Assembly: GCA_943359525.1 (NCBI GenBank)
Contig: CALRHV010000002.1
Coordinates: 25,040 to 89,039, forward strand
DNA from: Candidatus Uhrbacteria bacterium
Lineage (GTDB): Bacteria > Patescibacteriota > Patescibacteriia > UBA9934
Direction: 5' to 3'
Length of the DNA: 64,000 nucleotides
Shown: positions 8,931-18,662 of the stretch, piece by piece
How positions within the stretch are numbered: position 1 is the first letter of the stretch
Layout: the number at the start of each line of letters is the position of its first letter
The notes under the pieces: generated by a model
Seen by the model: only the letters and a program-made list of their open reading frames with translations
Databases searched by the model: none
Told to the model about the DNA's origin: nothing
Made by a program: the position numbers and the translations under genes

Positions 8931-10331
8931 ATGAAGATTTGGTTGATTGCCGCCATGAGTGCGGATGGGAAAATTGCGGAAAAGGCTGAACAGTCGTCGT
9001 TGGACTGGACCAGTGCGGAGGATACGCAGTTCTTTGTGGAAAAGACGAAAGAGGCTGGCGTGGTGGTGATGGGCCGCACGACGTTTTCTACGATCGGCAA
9101 GGGTTTGAAGGATCGACGGGTTATCGTCATGACAAAGAATCCAACCGAAGCGACTCCGGTCGAGGGCGTCGAATTCACGAACAACTCGCCAGCTGATCTC
9201 GTGAAGCGCCTCATTAGCGAGGGCGTCGAAACACTCGCGCTTGGTGGGGGAGCTTCCGTGTACAGCCAGTTTCTCGATGCCGGTTTGGTCGATGAAGTCT
9301 TTTTAACTCTCGAGCCATTCTTGTTCGGCAACGGCGTTCCACTCGGTGAGAAATTTGCTCGTGTGAATCTCGAACTCGTCGATACACGAAAGCTGAATGC
9401 GCGGAGCGTTCTCTTGCACTACCGCGTACAACGATCGTTCATGAAACCGGTGATCGAGCGTACTGTGGATTGGCAGTATCATCATTTGCTCAAAAAGATT
9501 CTTGAGGAAGGTGTAGACGTAAAGCCGATTCAGGGCGAAGGATCGCGGATGCTTTTGGGTGCGCAGATGCATTTCGATTTAGCGAACGGATTTCCGATGA
9601 TCACCGAGCGCGATCTTGGCGGCAGATTTATGATCGGTGCACTCGGCGAGCACTTCGCATTCCTTCACGGCGCACGAACGCAAGAAGAATTGAAGGCGTT
9701 TGGTTGTGCGTGGTGGAAGAAGTGGGTAACGAAAGAGCGATGCGACATCTTCGGCTTACCGGAAGGTGATCTCGGTCCAGGCAGTTACGGCCCAGCATGG
9801 ACAGCGTTTCCAACGAGTGAAGGCGAGCCGTTCAATCAAATCGAACACGTCGTGAAGCAGATCAAAGAGCGACCAAACTTGCGTACGCATATCATTTCGC
9901 CGTGGATTCCACAGTACACATTGCAGCATTCGGGAATTCCTCCTCGAAAAGTCGTTGTTGCACCATGTCACGGGTATTTGCATATCCTCGTGTTCCCGGA
10001 AACGAAGCAGATTTCGGTTCACCACTTTCAGCGGAGTGGTGACGTTCCCGTTGGCGTCGTCTTTAACATCATCCAATACGCCGCGTTCACAATGATGATC
10101 GCACAGGCAACGGGCTACACGCCAAAGGAGCTCGTGTACACTATTTCCGACGCACACATTTACGAAAGTCAGTTTGAACACGTAAAACAACTCCTCGATC
10201 GCGAGCCTCGCGTGTTCCCAACGATGTACATGGATTCCACGGTGAACGATCTTCTCGATTTCCGTCCAGAGCATTTCACCGTTGCCGACTACACGCCGCA
10301 CGAGGCGATGATTATTCCGACTCCGGTTTAG
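8931..10331 (+). CDS. thyA: Bifunctional protein: N-terminal DHFR-family reductase domain (RibD_C/DHFR-like) fused to C-terminal thymidylate synthase ThyA
   Basis: N-terminus MKIWLIAAMSADGKIA...VMGRTTFSTIG (DHFR-like). C-terminus has the ThyA core ...VAPCHGYLHILVFPE...HHFQRSGDVPVGVVFNIIQYAAFTMMIAQ... with catalytic Cys and the Q/N-rich motifs. Confidence 0.8.
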   Translation: MKIWLIAAMSADGKIAEKAEQSSLDWTSAEDTQFFVEKTKEAGVVVMGRTTFSTIGKGLKDRRVIVMTKNPTEATPVEGVEFTNNSPADLVKRLISEGVETLALGGGASVYSQFLDAGLVDEVFLTLEPFLFGNGVPLGEKFARVNLELVDTRKLNARSVLLHYRVQRSFMKPVIERTVDWQYHHLLKKILEEGVDVKPIQGEGSRMLLGAQMHFDLANGFPMITERDLGGRFMIGALGEHFAFLHGARTQEELKAFGCAWWKKWVTKERCDIFGLPEGDLGPGSYGPAWTAFPTSEGEPFNQIEHVVKQIKERPNLRTHIISPWIPQYTLQHSGIPPRKVVVAPCHGYLHILVFPETKQISVHHFQRSGDVPVGVVFNIIQYAAFTMMIAQATGYTPKELVYTISDAHIYESQFEHVKQLLDREPRVFPTMYMDSTVNDLLDFRPEHFTVADYTPHEAMIIPTPV

Positions 10332-10336
10332 TGTCC

Positions 10337-10418
10337 GTCATTCTGAGCGAAGCGAAGAATCTCTCGTAGGTGATCCGGATAGCCTGCGAAAGACCCTTCG
10401 CTACGCTCAGGGTGACTC
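10337..10418. repeat. Palindromic repeat family 1 (GTCATTCTGAGCGAAGCGAAGAATCTCTCG...CGAGAGATTC...CTCAGGGTGAC). Other copies are at 34424..34497, 50414..50447 (half copy) and 51928..52010. A related variant is at 18526..18601.
   Basis: Near-identical inverted-repeat units in four intergenic spots. Each forms a long hairpin. Confidence 0.7.
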
Positions 10419-10441
10419 ATCGAGAAGTTAAACGAAGTTTT

Positions 10442-10888
10442 ATGGGGGATCTTTTCGTCAACAAACAGAATGCTCGACCGGGAGTGTATGAGGATGCAAT
10501 CAATCGCATTGCGAAAGAGAGCGTCTGTCCGTTTTGTCCTGAGCATCTTGCGGAGTTTCACAAGCGGCCGATGGAACGCGGAACGTATTGGATTGCCACA
10601 GAGAACATGTATCCGTATACGCCGAGCAAGCAGCACGTGATGTTCATTCACATCGAACACATCAATCACATCGGTGAGATTTCTCCTGAGGCGTGGGCCG
10701 AGCTCGGAATGCTTGTTCGCGAACAGACTGCGAAGCGCGACATTGCTGGTGGAACATTTTATTTACGATTCGGCGACACGCGATTTACCGGAGCATCGGT
10801 AACGCATCTTCACGCGAATATCATTCAATCTGATCCCGATGACGCGTCGTACGATCCCAAGAAGGGGCTATGGACTCGCGTCGGTTAG
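10442..10888 (+). CDS. HIT (histidine triad) family nucleotide hydrolase/transferase
   Basis: C-terminal HxHxHxx motif (VTHLHANII) and an upstream CPFCPEH motif. The start was chosen at MGDLFVN, after the repeat element. Confidence 0.65.
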   Translation: MGDLFVNKQNARPGVYEDAINRIAKESVCPFCPEHLAEFHKRPMERGTYWIATENMYPYTPSKQHVMFIHIEHINHIGEISPEAWAELGMLVREQTAKRDIAGGTFYLRFGDTRFTGASVTHLHANIIQSDPDDASYDPKKGLWTRVG

Positions 10889-11701
10889 ATCGACGAGTAC
10901 GATCTCAATTCCGTACGCCTTCAAAATCTCTTCGGCATCGAGCAGTGAGTAGCCTTTGTGGTAATAGACTCTTTTGATTCCGGCTTCGGCGAGTAAGCGT
11001 GCGCAATTCGGGCAGGGGAATGTGGTAACGAATGCCTCGACGCCGTTTAACGACGTGCCGTTTTTGGCGCTTTGTGCGACTGCGAGCGCTTCGGAGTGAA
11101 TCGATGTTGCGATATCGATATGCTGGCCTGCGTCAAAAATTGTTCGTGGATCGCCGTTGATTGCAAGGTGATAATCGGTGGGGAGATGTCGGTTGTGGCT
11201 CTGTACGACGATGATTCCGTCTTTAACGAGGACCGTTCCAACCTGACGCCACCAGTCCGAACTTTTCATCGATTCAGAGACTGCGAGGTTCATCATCGAT
11301 TTCGAAAATTCGTCAGAAGTGATCATTCGATGCGGTGCGACGATATTTTCCCGTAGCGTCGGCATTTTGTCCCATCGAAGGAAGATCGATTCAAATACGG
11401 CGCGATCGGCGAAATGCTGCTTGGCGAGCACACGTGAAACGTCTTCATCGGGCATCACAATCGATGATTCCGATTGGGCGAGATCGAGGAGATCGGATTT
11501 TGAAAGTACGCGAACTGAAGAGAATATCCCGAGGCTCTCGATTACGATCTTCATCACTGCAGGATCAACCACACGGCAGTCTCGGGTGAGCGATGTGAAA
11601 TCAGCGATGATGTCTGCACCAAGAATGCCCAGCGTGTCGGGGTATTTTTTGAAGAGATCGATATATCCTTTGTGGAGAACCGGTACGAACGCAACGAGCA
11701 T
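10868..11701 (-). CDS. dCMP deaminase / cytidine-deoxycytidylate deaminase family protein with N-terminal extension
   Basis: Zinc-binding motifs HSEALAV (H[AS]E) and PCPNCA (PCxxC) in the C-terminal half. Confidence 0.75.
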   Translation of the reverse strand: MLVAFVPVLHKGYIDLFKKYPDTLGILGADIIADFTSLTRDCRVVDPAVMKIVIESLGIFSSVRVLSKSDLLDLAQSESSIVMPDEDVSRVLAKQHFADRAVFESIFLRWDKMPTLRENIVAPHRMITSDEFSKSMMNLAVSESMKSSDWWRQVGTVLVKDGIIVVQSHNRHLPTDYHLAINGDPRTIFDAGQHIDIATSIHSEALAVAQSAKNGTSLNGVEAFVTTFPCPNCARLLAEAGIKRVYYHKGYSLLDAEEILKAYGIEIVLVDLTDASP

Positions 11702-11703
11702 AC

Positions 11704-12351
11704 TTAGCCTTCGCGAATCTTGCTGACGAAATTCGTCATGAGTGCGCTGACTTCTTTTGCGAGATCTTCAACTCCTTCGATGGTGAGATTGCGCACACGT
11801 GCTGTGGTTGTGGTTGTGGCTTGTGGCGGAAGAATAACGATTTCTCCGCAGTGTTGTTTGTAGCCCTCAACATCGATTGGTCCGACATCTGTGGTGGACG
11901 ACGAAAACACCATAACATCGGGTTTGACGATTTCAATAATGTCGCCAATTCCGTGATGCGCTTCCTTGATCGTTACCAGGTCCACGTGACGAAGGTGAAG
12001 CAGCATGTTGATGCGTTCGGCTTGTGGGACGATTGGGCGCTTTGGCCCTTTGCGGATCTTTGTTAATTCATCGGAATCCACGCCAACAATAAGAATATCG
12101 CCAAGGGACTTTGCCTTCTCGAGGTATGCCGCGTGACCTTCGTGAATAAGGTCGTACACGCCTTGGGTGAGTACAATCTTCATTCCGAGTGCCTTGAGGC
12201 TCTGGACGAGGACGCGAAGACGCTCTTGGTCTGGAACGCAACGCTTTTCAATGTTCGATCCTGGACCAAACGGATCGTGGTAGGCGGACGACATATGCCC
12301 CGAGTTTAGCAGTGATCGGCAGGATGCATAATCGATCATGTGGACAAACAA
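11704..12351 (-). CDS. Cytidylyltransferase-like nucleotidyltransferase (HxGH family: RfaE domain II, TagD or FAD synthetase-like)
   Basis: Motif VLTQGVYDLIHEGHAAYLEKAK (GxxDxxHxGH) and a Rossmann-like layout. The start is uncertain (12351, 12339 or 12294). Confidence 0.6.
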   Translation of the reverse strand: MFVHMIDYASCRSLLNSGHMSSAYHDPFGPGSNIEKRCVPDQERLRVLVQSLKALGMKIVLTQGVYDLIHEGHAAYLEKAKSLGDILIVGVDSDELTKIRKGPKRPIVPQAERINMLLHLRHVDLVTIKEAHHGIGDIIEIVKPDVMVFSSSTTDVGPIDVEGYKQHCGEIVILPPQATTTTTARVRNLTIEGVEDLAKEVSALMTNFVSKIREG

Positions 12352-12421
12352 AATCCCCTCGGATTCTTTCGAATCGAGGGGATTCCGGCTACTGCCAACT
12401 GCCTACGTCCTACTGCCTTTT

Positions 12422-13093
12422 TTACACCGATGCTTCGTCGAGTTTAATCGCTGGGCCCATTGTTGAGGTCATCGTGACCGACTTCATGTAGATACCCTTG
12501 CTCGATGCTGGCTTTACCTTGCGAATGGCTTCGATGGCAACCGCGAGGTTTGCGACAAGATTTTCTGCGCTGAACGATACCTTTCCAACGATCATGTGGA
12601 CGTTGGCGGTGTTGTCGTTCTTAAACGCAACCTTTCCACCTTTCTGTTCTTCGATGATCTTCCCAATGTTCGGACCAACGGTGTCGGTCTTTGGGTTTGG
12701 CATTAAGCCGCGAGGTCCAAGAATCTTTGCGGCCTTGGCAAGCTTTGGCATCATGCTTGGAACAGCGACGGCAACGTCGAAGTCGATTTTTCCGGTGCGG
12801 ATAATCGTCTCGAGCACTTCTTCGGTTCCAATGATGTCTGCACCTGCTGCCTTTGCTGCAGCCTCATTATTTGCGTCAACGAAGGCAATCACACGCTTTG
12901 TCTTGCCGGTGCCGTGTGGCAACGTCACGGTTCCACGGATCTGTTGATCACCCTGCTTTGGATCGACTCCAAGTGCGAAGTGCAATTCAACCGTCTCGTC
13001 GAACTTTGCCTTTGCGGTGTCCTTCAAGAGCGCGACAGCGTCCTTCACGGCGTAAAATTTCTTTTTGTCGATCATCTGCTTTGCAGTAGCCAT
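12422..13093 (-). CDS. rplA: 50S ribosomal protein L1
   Basis: MATAKQ...VELHFALGVDPKQ...GTVTLPHGTGK... is classic L1. Confidence 0.92.
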   Translation of the reverse strand: MATAKQMIDKKKFYAVKDAVALLKDTAKAKFDETVELHFALGVDPKQGDQQIRGTVTLPHGTGKTKRVIAFVDANNEAAAKAAGADIIGTEEVLETIIRTGKIDFDVAVAVPSMMPKLAKAAKILGPRGLMPNPKTDTVGPNIGKIIEEQKGGKVAFKNDNTANVHMIVGKVSFSAENLVANLAVAIEAIRKVKPASSKGIYMKSVTMTSTMGPAIKLDEASV

Positions 13094-13159
13094 TCGCTTG
13101 CCGATCATAGGTTTGTGTGTGGTACTAGCGATCGAATCGATCTCCCACGAAGTTAGGAT

Positions 13160-13444
13160 TTATTTTTCTTTGTGCTGTTTTTCCCACTGACGCATAAAGA
13201 AGCGGAAGTGGAACCAGAACAGTGGAACGCTGACGATGAGGAGTCCGATGCCGTCGACGAGGTTGTCGAGTAAGCCTTGTCGAACGGATTCAAGAGTTTC
13301 TCTGCTTCCAACAACATTTGCGGAAGGAATGAGAAGGTGAAGGCCGTTGGTAGCGAGGCTGATCGCTCCAGTAAGGACGAGCATGCCAGTGATGAACGAT
13401 ACAATGGTGAAGTAGCTTGGCCAGGCACGTTTATGATTGTCCAT
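13160..13444 (-). CDS. Small two-TM membrane protein, hypothetical, lying between rplK and rplA
   Basis: 94-aa ORF with two hydrophobic helices. It occupies a spacer that is normally short between L11 and L1. Confidence 0.4.
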   Translation of the reverse strand: MDNHKRAWPSYFTIVSFITGMLVLTGAISLATNGLHLLIPSANVVGSRETLESVRQGLLDNLVDGIGLLIVSVPLFWFHFRFFMRQWEKQHKEK

Positions 13445-13481
13445 AGGGTACAGATGAAAAATCTTGTCCCAAGGATACCAT

Positions 13482-13907
13482 TTACGCGACGACGTCTACT
13501 CCCATCTGCCGACACGTTCCTGCAATGATCTTCATGGCAGCTTCCACGTTGGTCGTGTTCAGGTCTGGCATTTTCTTCATTGCAACTTCGCGGAGCTGAG
13601 CCTGGGTGATTTTCCCCACCTTTTCGGTGAGCGGCTTTCCAGATCCCTTTTCGATTCCCGTGATTTTTTTCACGAGATCGCTAGCTGGAGCCGTCTTCAA
13701 GATGAAGCTGAACGAACGGTCTTCGTAAATAGTGATGATCGCTGGAACAGTCTCTCCCATGCGGTCCTGTGTTGCTGCGTTGAATTCCTGCACGAACTGC
13801 TGAATGTTTACACCCTGCGCACCAAGCGCTGGTCCGAGTGGAGGTGCTGGTGTTGCTCGACCTCCGATTGACTGGACTTTGATGACAGCCTTTATTTTTT
13901 TGGCCAT
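13482..13907 (-). CDS. rplK: 50S ribosomal protein L11
   Basis: [35 protein letters not shown]... is the classic L11 N-terminus. Confidence 0.92.
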   Translation of the reverse strand: MAKKIKAVIKVQSIGGRATPAPPLGPALGAQGVNIQQFVQEFNAATQDRMGETVPAIITIYEDRSFSFILKTAPASDLVKKITGIEKGSGKPLTEKVGKITQAQLREVAMKKMPDLNTTNVEAAMKIIAGTCRQMGVDVVA

Positions 13908-14099
13908 ACGATCGTATTTATAGTAGATTCCCTCGATCTCCTTTCGGAGAATCTCGAGCAACTACATCGTTATTTAGTGCCAGGATTGTGCCAGGATTGG
14001 CGGAAATAGTCAATAAAACGCCTTGGAGCCCTTGGGGATGATCTCGTTGACCACGATCGCGATGAAAGATATCCTCAAGATAATCTTTGGATCACTTCT

Positions 14100-14336
14100 A
14101 TGAAAGCAAAAAATATCATCGGTCTGAAGGAGCTCCGTGAAAATGTGGCTTCGTACGCAAAGAAAGTGGGGAAGGGCGAATCGTTTATCGTTTGTAGGCG
14201 ATCACGTCCGCTGTTTCGCATTTCGTCGGTCGATCATGAGGACGAAAGCGACTGGAAGACGTTTATTGATTTCACAAAATATCGAAAGGGCGGAATTCCT
14301 GCACAAGAGCTTCTGAAAATCATGAAGGCGATGTAA
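14100..14336 (+). CDS. Type II antitoxin, Phd/YefM family
   Basis: 78 aa. MKAKNIIGLKELRENVASYAKKV...SFIVCRRSRPLFRI... fits the YefM/Phd fold pattern. It lies 3 nt upstream of a RelE-family ORF. Confidence 0.65.
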   Translation: MKAKNIIGLKELRENVASYAKKVGKGESFIVCRRSRPLFRISSVDHEDESDWKTFIDFTKYRKGGIPAQELLKIMKAM

Positions 14337-14338
14337 GT

Positions 14339-14581
14339 ATGGTTACGCGTATTCAGAAGGTGCTCAAGAGGATGTCTCGACGCGACTTCCTCGATGTTCA
14401 AGAGACGATCGAGCAAGTCCTTTCTTGGGATCTTGAGGGTCTCGATGTGAAAAAGCTTCAAGGAAAGACGGAGGAATATCGTGTTCGTCGCGGATCGTAT
14501 CGTATTATTTTCACTCGTCGATCCGATGGCGAAGTGAAGATCCTCGAAGTTGAACGGCGAGATGAATCGACCTACACATAA
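14339..14581 (+). CDS. Type II toxin, RelE/ParE family
   Basis: 80 aa. ...GKTEEYRVRRGSYRIIFTRRSDGEVKILEVERRDE... is the RelE/ParE C-terminal signature. Confidence 0.75.
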   Translation: MVTRIQKVLKRMSRRDFLDVQETIEQVLSWDLEGLDVKKLQGKTEEYRVRRGSYRIIFTRRSDGEVKILEVERRDESTYT

Positions 14582-14582
14582 A

Positions 14583-14615
14583 AATCACTCCGAATTGCTC
14601 GGAGTGATTTTTTCG
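14583..14615. terminator. Bidirectional terminator hairpin (aatcactccgaattgctcggagtgatt followed by T6) between the TA pair (+) and nusG (-)
   Basis: Perfect 10-bp stem with an A-run on one side and a T-run on the other. Confidence 0.7.
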
Positions 14616-14629
14616 ATCGGCGAATCCGA

Positions 14630-15175
14630 TTACACCTTCTTTACCTGCAAGAAATCCAGTTCCAGCGGTGTTTCGCGGCCGAACATGGAAACCATGACCT
14701 TTACCTTTCCGCGAGACATGTCTACGTCGTCCACCTTTCCTTGCTGGCCCTTGAACGGACCGTCGGTGATGGCAACGAGGGAACCCTTTTCCACGTCGAT
14801 CTTGAATTCTGGTTCTGCAACGCCCACGCGCTTCATGAGATCGTCCACCTGTTCCTGTGGGATCGGCGTTGGAGTATTTCCTGTGCCAATGAAGCCGGTG
14901 ACGTTTGGCGTGTTGCGTACCACGTACCAAGAATCGTCGGTTACGATCATTTCCACGAGCACATAGCCTGGGAAAATCTTTTCTTCAATCACCTTACGCG
15001 CACCGTTCTTGATTTTGATTTTCTTTTCCTTTGGCACAAGGATCGCGAAGATTTTCTCCTCCATGTCCATAGTGCTCATACGCTGGGTGAGCGCCTCCAC
15101 CACACTCTCTTCGTATCCCGAGTACGTGTGAATCACGTACCAACGTCGGCCGTAATTGGCGGTTTGTTTTGCCAT
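14630..15175 (-). CDS. nusG: Transcription termination/antitermination factor NusG
   Basis: MAKQTANYGRRWYVIHTYSGYEESV... and a KOW motif near the C-terminus. Confidence 0.9.
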   Translation of the reverse strand: MAKQTANYGRRWYVIHTYSGYEESVVEALTQRMSTMDMEEKIFAILVPKEKKIKIKNGARKVIEEKIFPGYVLVEMIVTDDSWYVVRNTPNVTGFIGTGNTPTPIPQEQVDDLMKRVGVAEPEFKIDVEKGSLVAITDGPFKGQQGKVDDVDMSRGKVKVMVSMFGRETPLELDFLQVKKV

Positions 15176-15177
15176 AC

Positions 15178-15381
15178 TTAGACTTTCGAAACAAGGAATT
15201 CAAGGCCCTTGCTCAAGCCAAGATCGAGTGCGCCAATGAATGCTGCGGTGGCAAGGCTGAGAACGAGAACAATCACGGAATACGTGATGGTGTCTTTGCG
15301 ACTTGGCCAAGAAACCTTTTCCAGCTCCATTCGTGCCTCACGGAAGTACTTCACCGCTGGATTATTGAGAATACGTTGCAT
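15178..15381 (-). CDS. secE: Preprotein translocase subunit SecE
   Basis: MQRILNNPAVKYFREARMELEKVSWPSRKDTITYSVIVLVLSL..., a single C-terminal TM helix, and its position upstream of nusG. Confidence 0.8.
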   Translation of the reverse strand: MQRILNNPAVKYFREARMELEKVSWPSRKDTITYSVIVLVLSLATAAFIGALDLGLSKGLEFLVSKV

Positions 15382-15504
15382 AAAACTATTAAAAAAGAGC
15401 CTTTCGGCTGATGGGAAGAATATACACGGATTTGGACGGGGGAGCAAGGGGACCGGTGGAAAACGAACGCGGCGGCCGGTGAGGGCCGCCGCGAGGCGTG
15501 GGGT

Positions 15505-16356
15505 TTAGCGCTTCTTGAGGCGCTGCCTGGCCGTTTGTTCGACGACGTGGGTGAGCATGCTGGCGAGCCGTTTCTGGTTCGCGATCATCGTTTCGGTGTT
15601 GCCTTTGTGGCTGTGCGGATCGTTCAGCCCGTTGCTGATGCAGGTGATCGGCACTACGAACGCGTGCTTGCCGGTCTTGAGATCATCCTGCTCCACAAAG
15701 CTCGCGAAGCACTCTGTTTCCGCCGATCCACTCATGCCCACACACTGGATGCCGGGTTGATCCACTCGCAGCCGATTCCCCGGGCTTTCCAGCGCCGGCC
15801 CTTGGTTCACGGCGAGGTTGCCGATATGTACGCGGCCGACAGGCACGGATCCCCAGATGGTTTGCATCAGGTCATGGCGGATCATTGGGCCCGGTACCGG
15901 GAATGGCGGTCCATCTACAGGCGACGGACAGTGCGACACGATGTCCATGACGACGACGAGGTCGCCTTTCCGGATGCAATCGCGCATTCCGCCGCTGGCC
16001 GATGTGAGGATGAGCTTGCGGATTCCCAGCTCCCACAGAATCCGCATGAGAAGGTACACCGCGTCGCGGTTTCCTTCGTACATGTGGATGCGCCCGGAAA
16101 CCACGAGTACTCGCTTGCCGCCGATGATCGCGATGCCGATCATTCGAGCGTGACCCGACAGGTCGGCGAGCGTGCCGAAGAGCGGATGGATGTCTGCGAG
16201 CTTCATGCTCTTGATGAGCTTGACGGACCCGCCCCAGCCGGTGCCGAGCACCGCGGCAGTTTTCGTGCCGATGGCGCCGAGCTGGGTGATGACGCGTTGT
16301 GATGCTGCTTCTGCGCTTGAATTGAGTCGTTGATGGCGAGTGACGTTATCTGCCAT
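15505..16356 (-). CDS. Purine nucleoside phosphorylase family (PNP/MTAP family)
   Basis: ...LGTGWGG...RVLVVSGRIHMYEG...LTSASGG... are PNP/UDP-phosphorylase family signatures. Confidence 0.75.
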   Translation of the reverse strand: MADNVTRHQRLNSSAEAASQRVITQLGAIGTKTAAVLGTGWGGSVKLIKSMKLADIHPLFGTLADLSGHARMIGIAIIGGKRVLVVSGRIHMYEGNRDAVYLLMRILWELGIRKLILTSASGGMRDCIRKGDLVVVMDIVSHCPSPVDGPPFPVPGPMIRHDLMQTIWGSVPVGRVHIGNLAVNQGPALESPGNRLRVDQPGIQCVGMSGSAETECFASFVEQDDLKTGKHAFVVPITCISNGLNDPHSHKGNTETMIANQKRLASMLTHVVEQTARQRLKKR

Positions 16357-16416
16357 GGAATACTCCGTTGTTGGCGGAAAGACTGTAGCTGAATCGTCGA
16401 ATTTGGGCAAAAACAA

Positions 16417-16441
16417 ACACCAGTCATGTGACTGGTGTTTT
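16417..16441. terminator. Terminator hairpin (acaccagtcatgtgactggtgt followed by TTT)
   Basis: Perfect inverted repeat followed by a T-run. It lies downstream of gyrB (-) and next to the PNP start. Confidence 0.55.
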
Positions 16442-16464
16442 GAAAATTCAAGATTCAGACCTGA

Positions 16465-16488
16465 CCCCGCCGTTCGCGAACGGCGGGG
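16465..16488. terminator. Recurring GC hairpin CCCCGCCGTTCGCGAACGGCGGGG, also at 57301..57324 and 60784..60807
   Basis: Identical 24-nt palindrome at three gene 3' ends (gyrB, the Ig-repeat protein, rplL). It is followed by T-runs at 60808 and weakly here. Confidence 0.65.
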
Positions 16489-16498
16489 TGACCCTTTT

Positions 16499-18649
<2,151 letters not shown>

Positions 18650-18662
18650 TCAGGAACAAGCG

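Noticed and set aside
8762-8989. Small conserved protein family from ORFs 8762..8989 and 29421..29681 (MVDFGLASSQIRSPYREVRL... / MVNFRLPSSQISSTYQEVRL...)
   Set aside because: Similarity is at nucleotide level without a synonymous bias. The third copy (49398..49493) lacks a start and terminates after ~30 codons. The first ORF (TTG start) runs on into the thyA coding region. ORF lengths are inconsistent. Treated as a noncoding conserved element instead.
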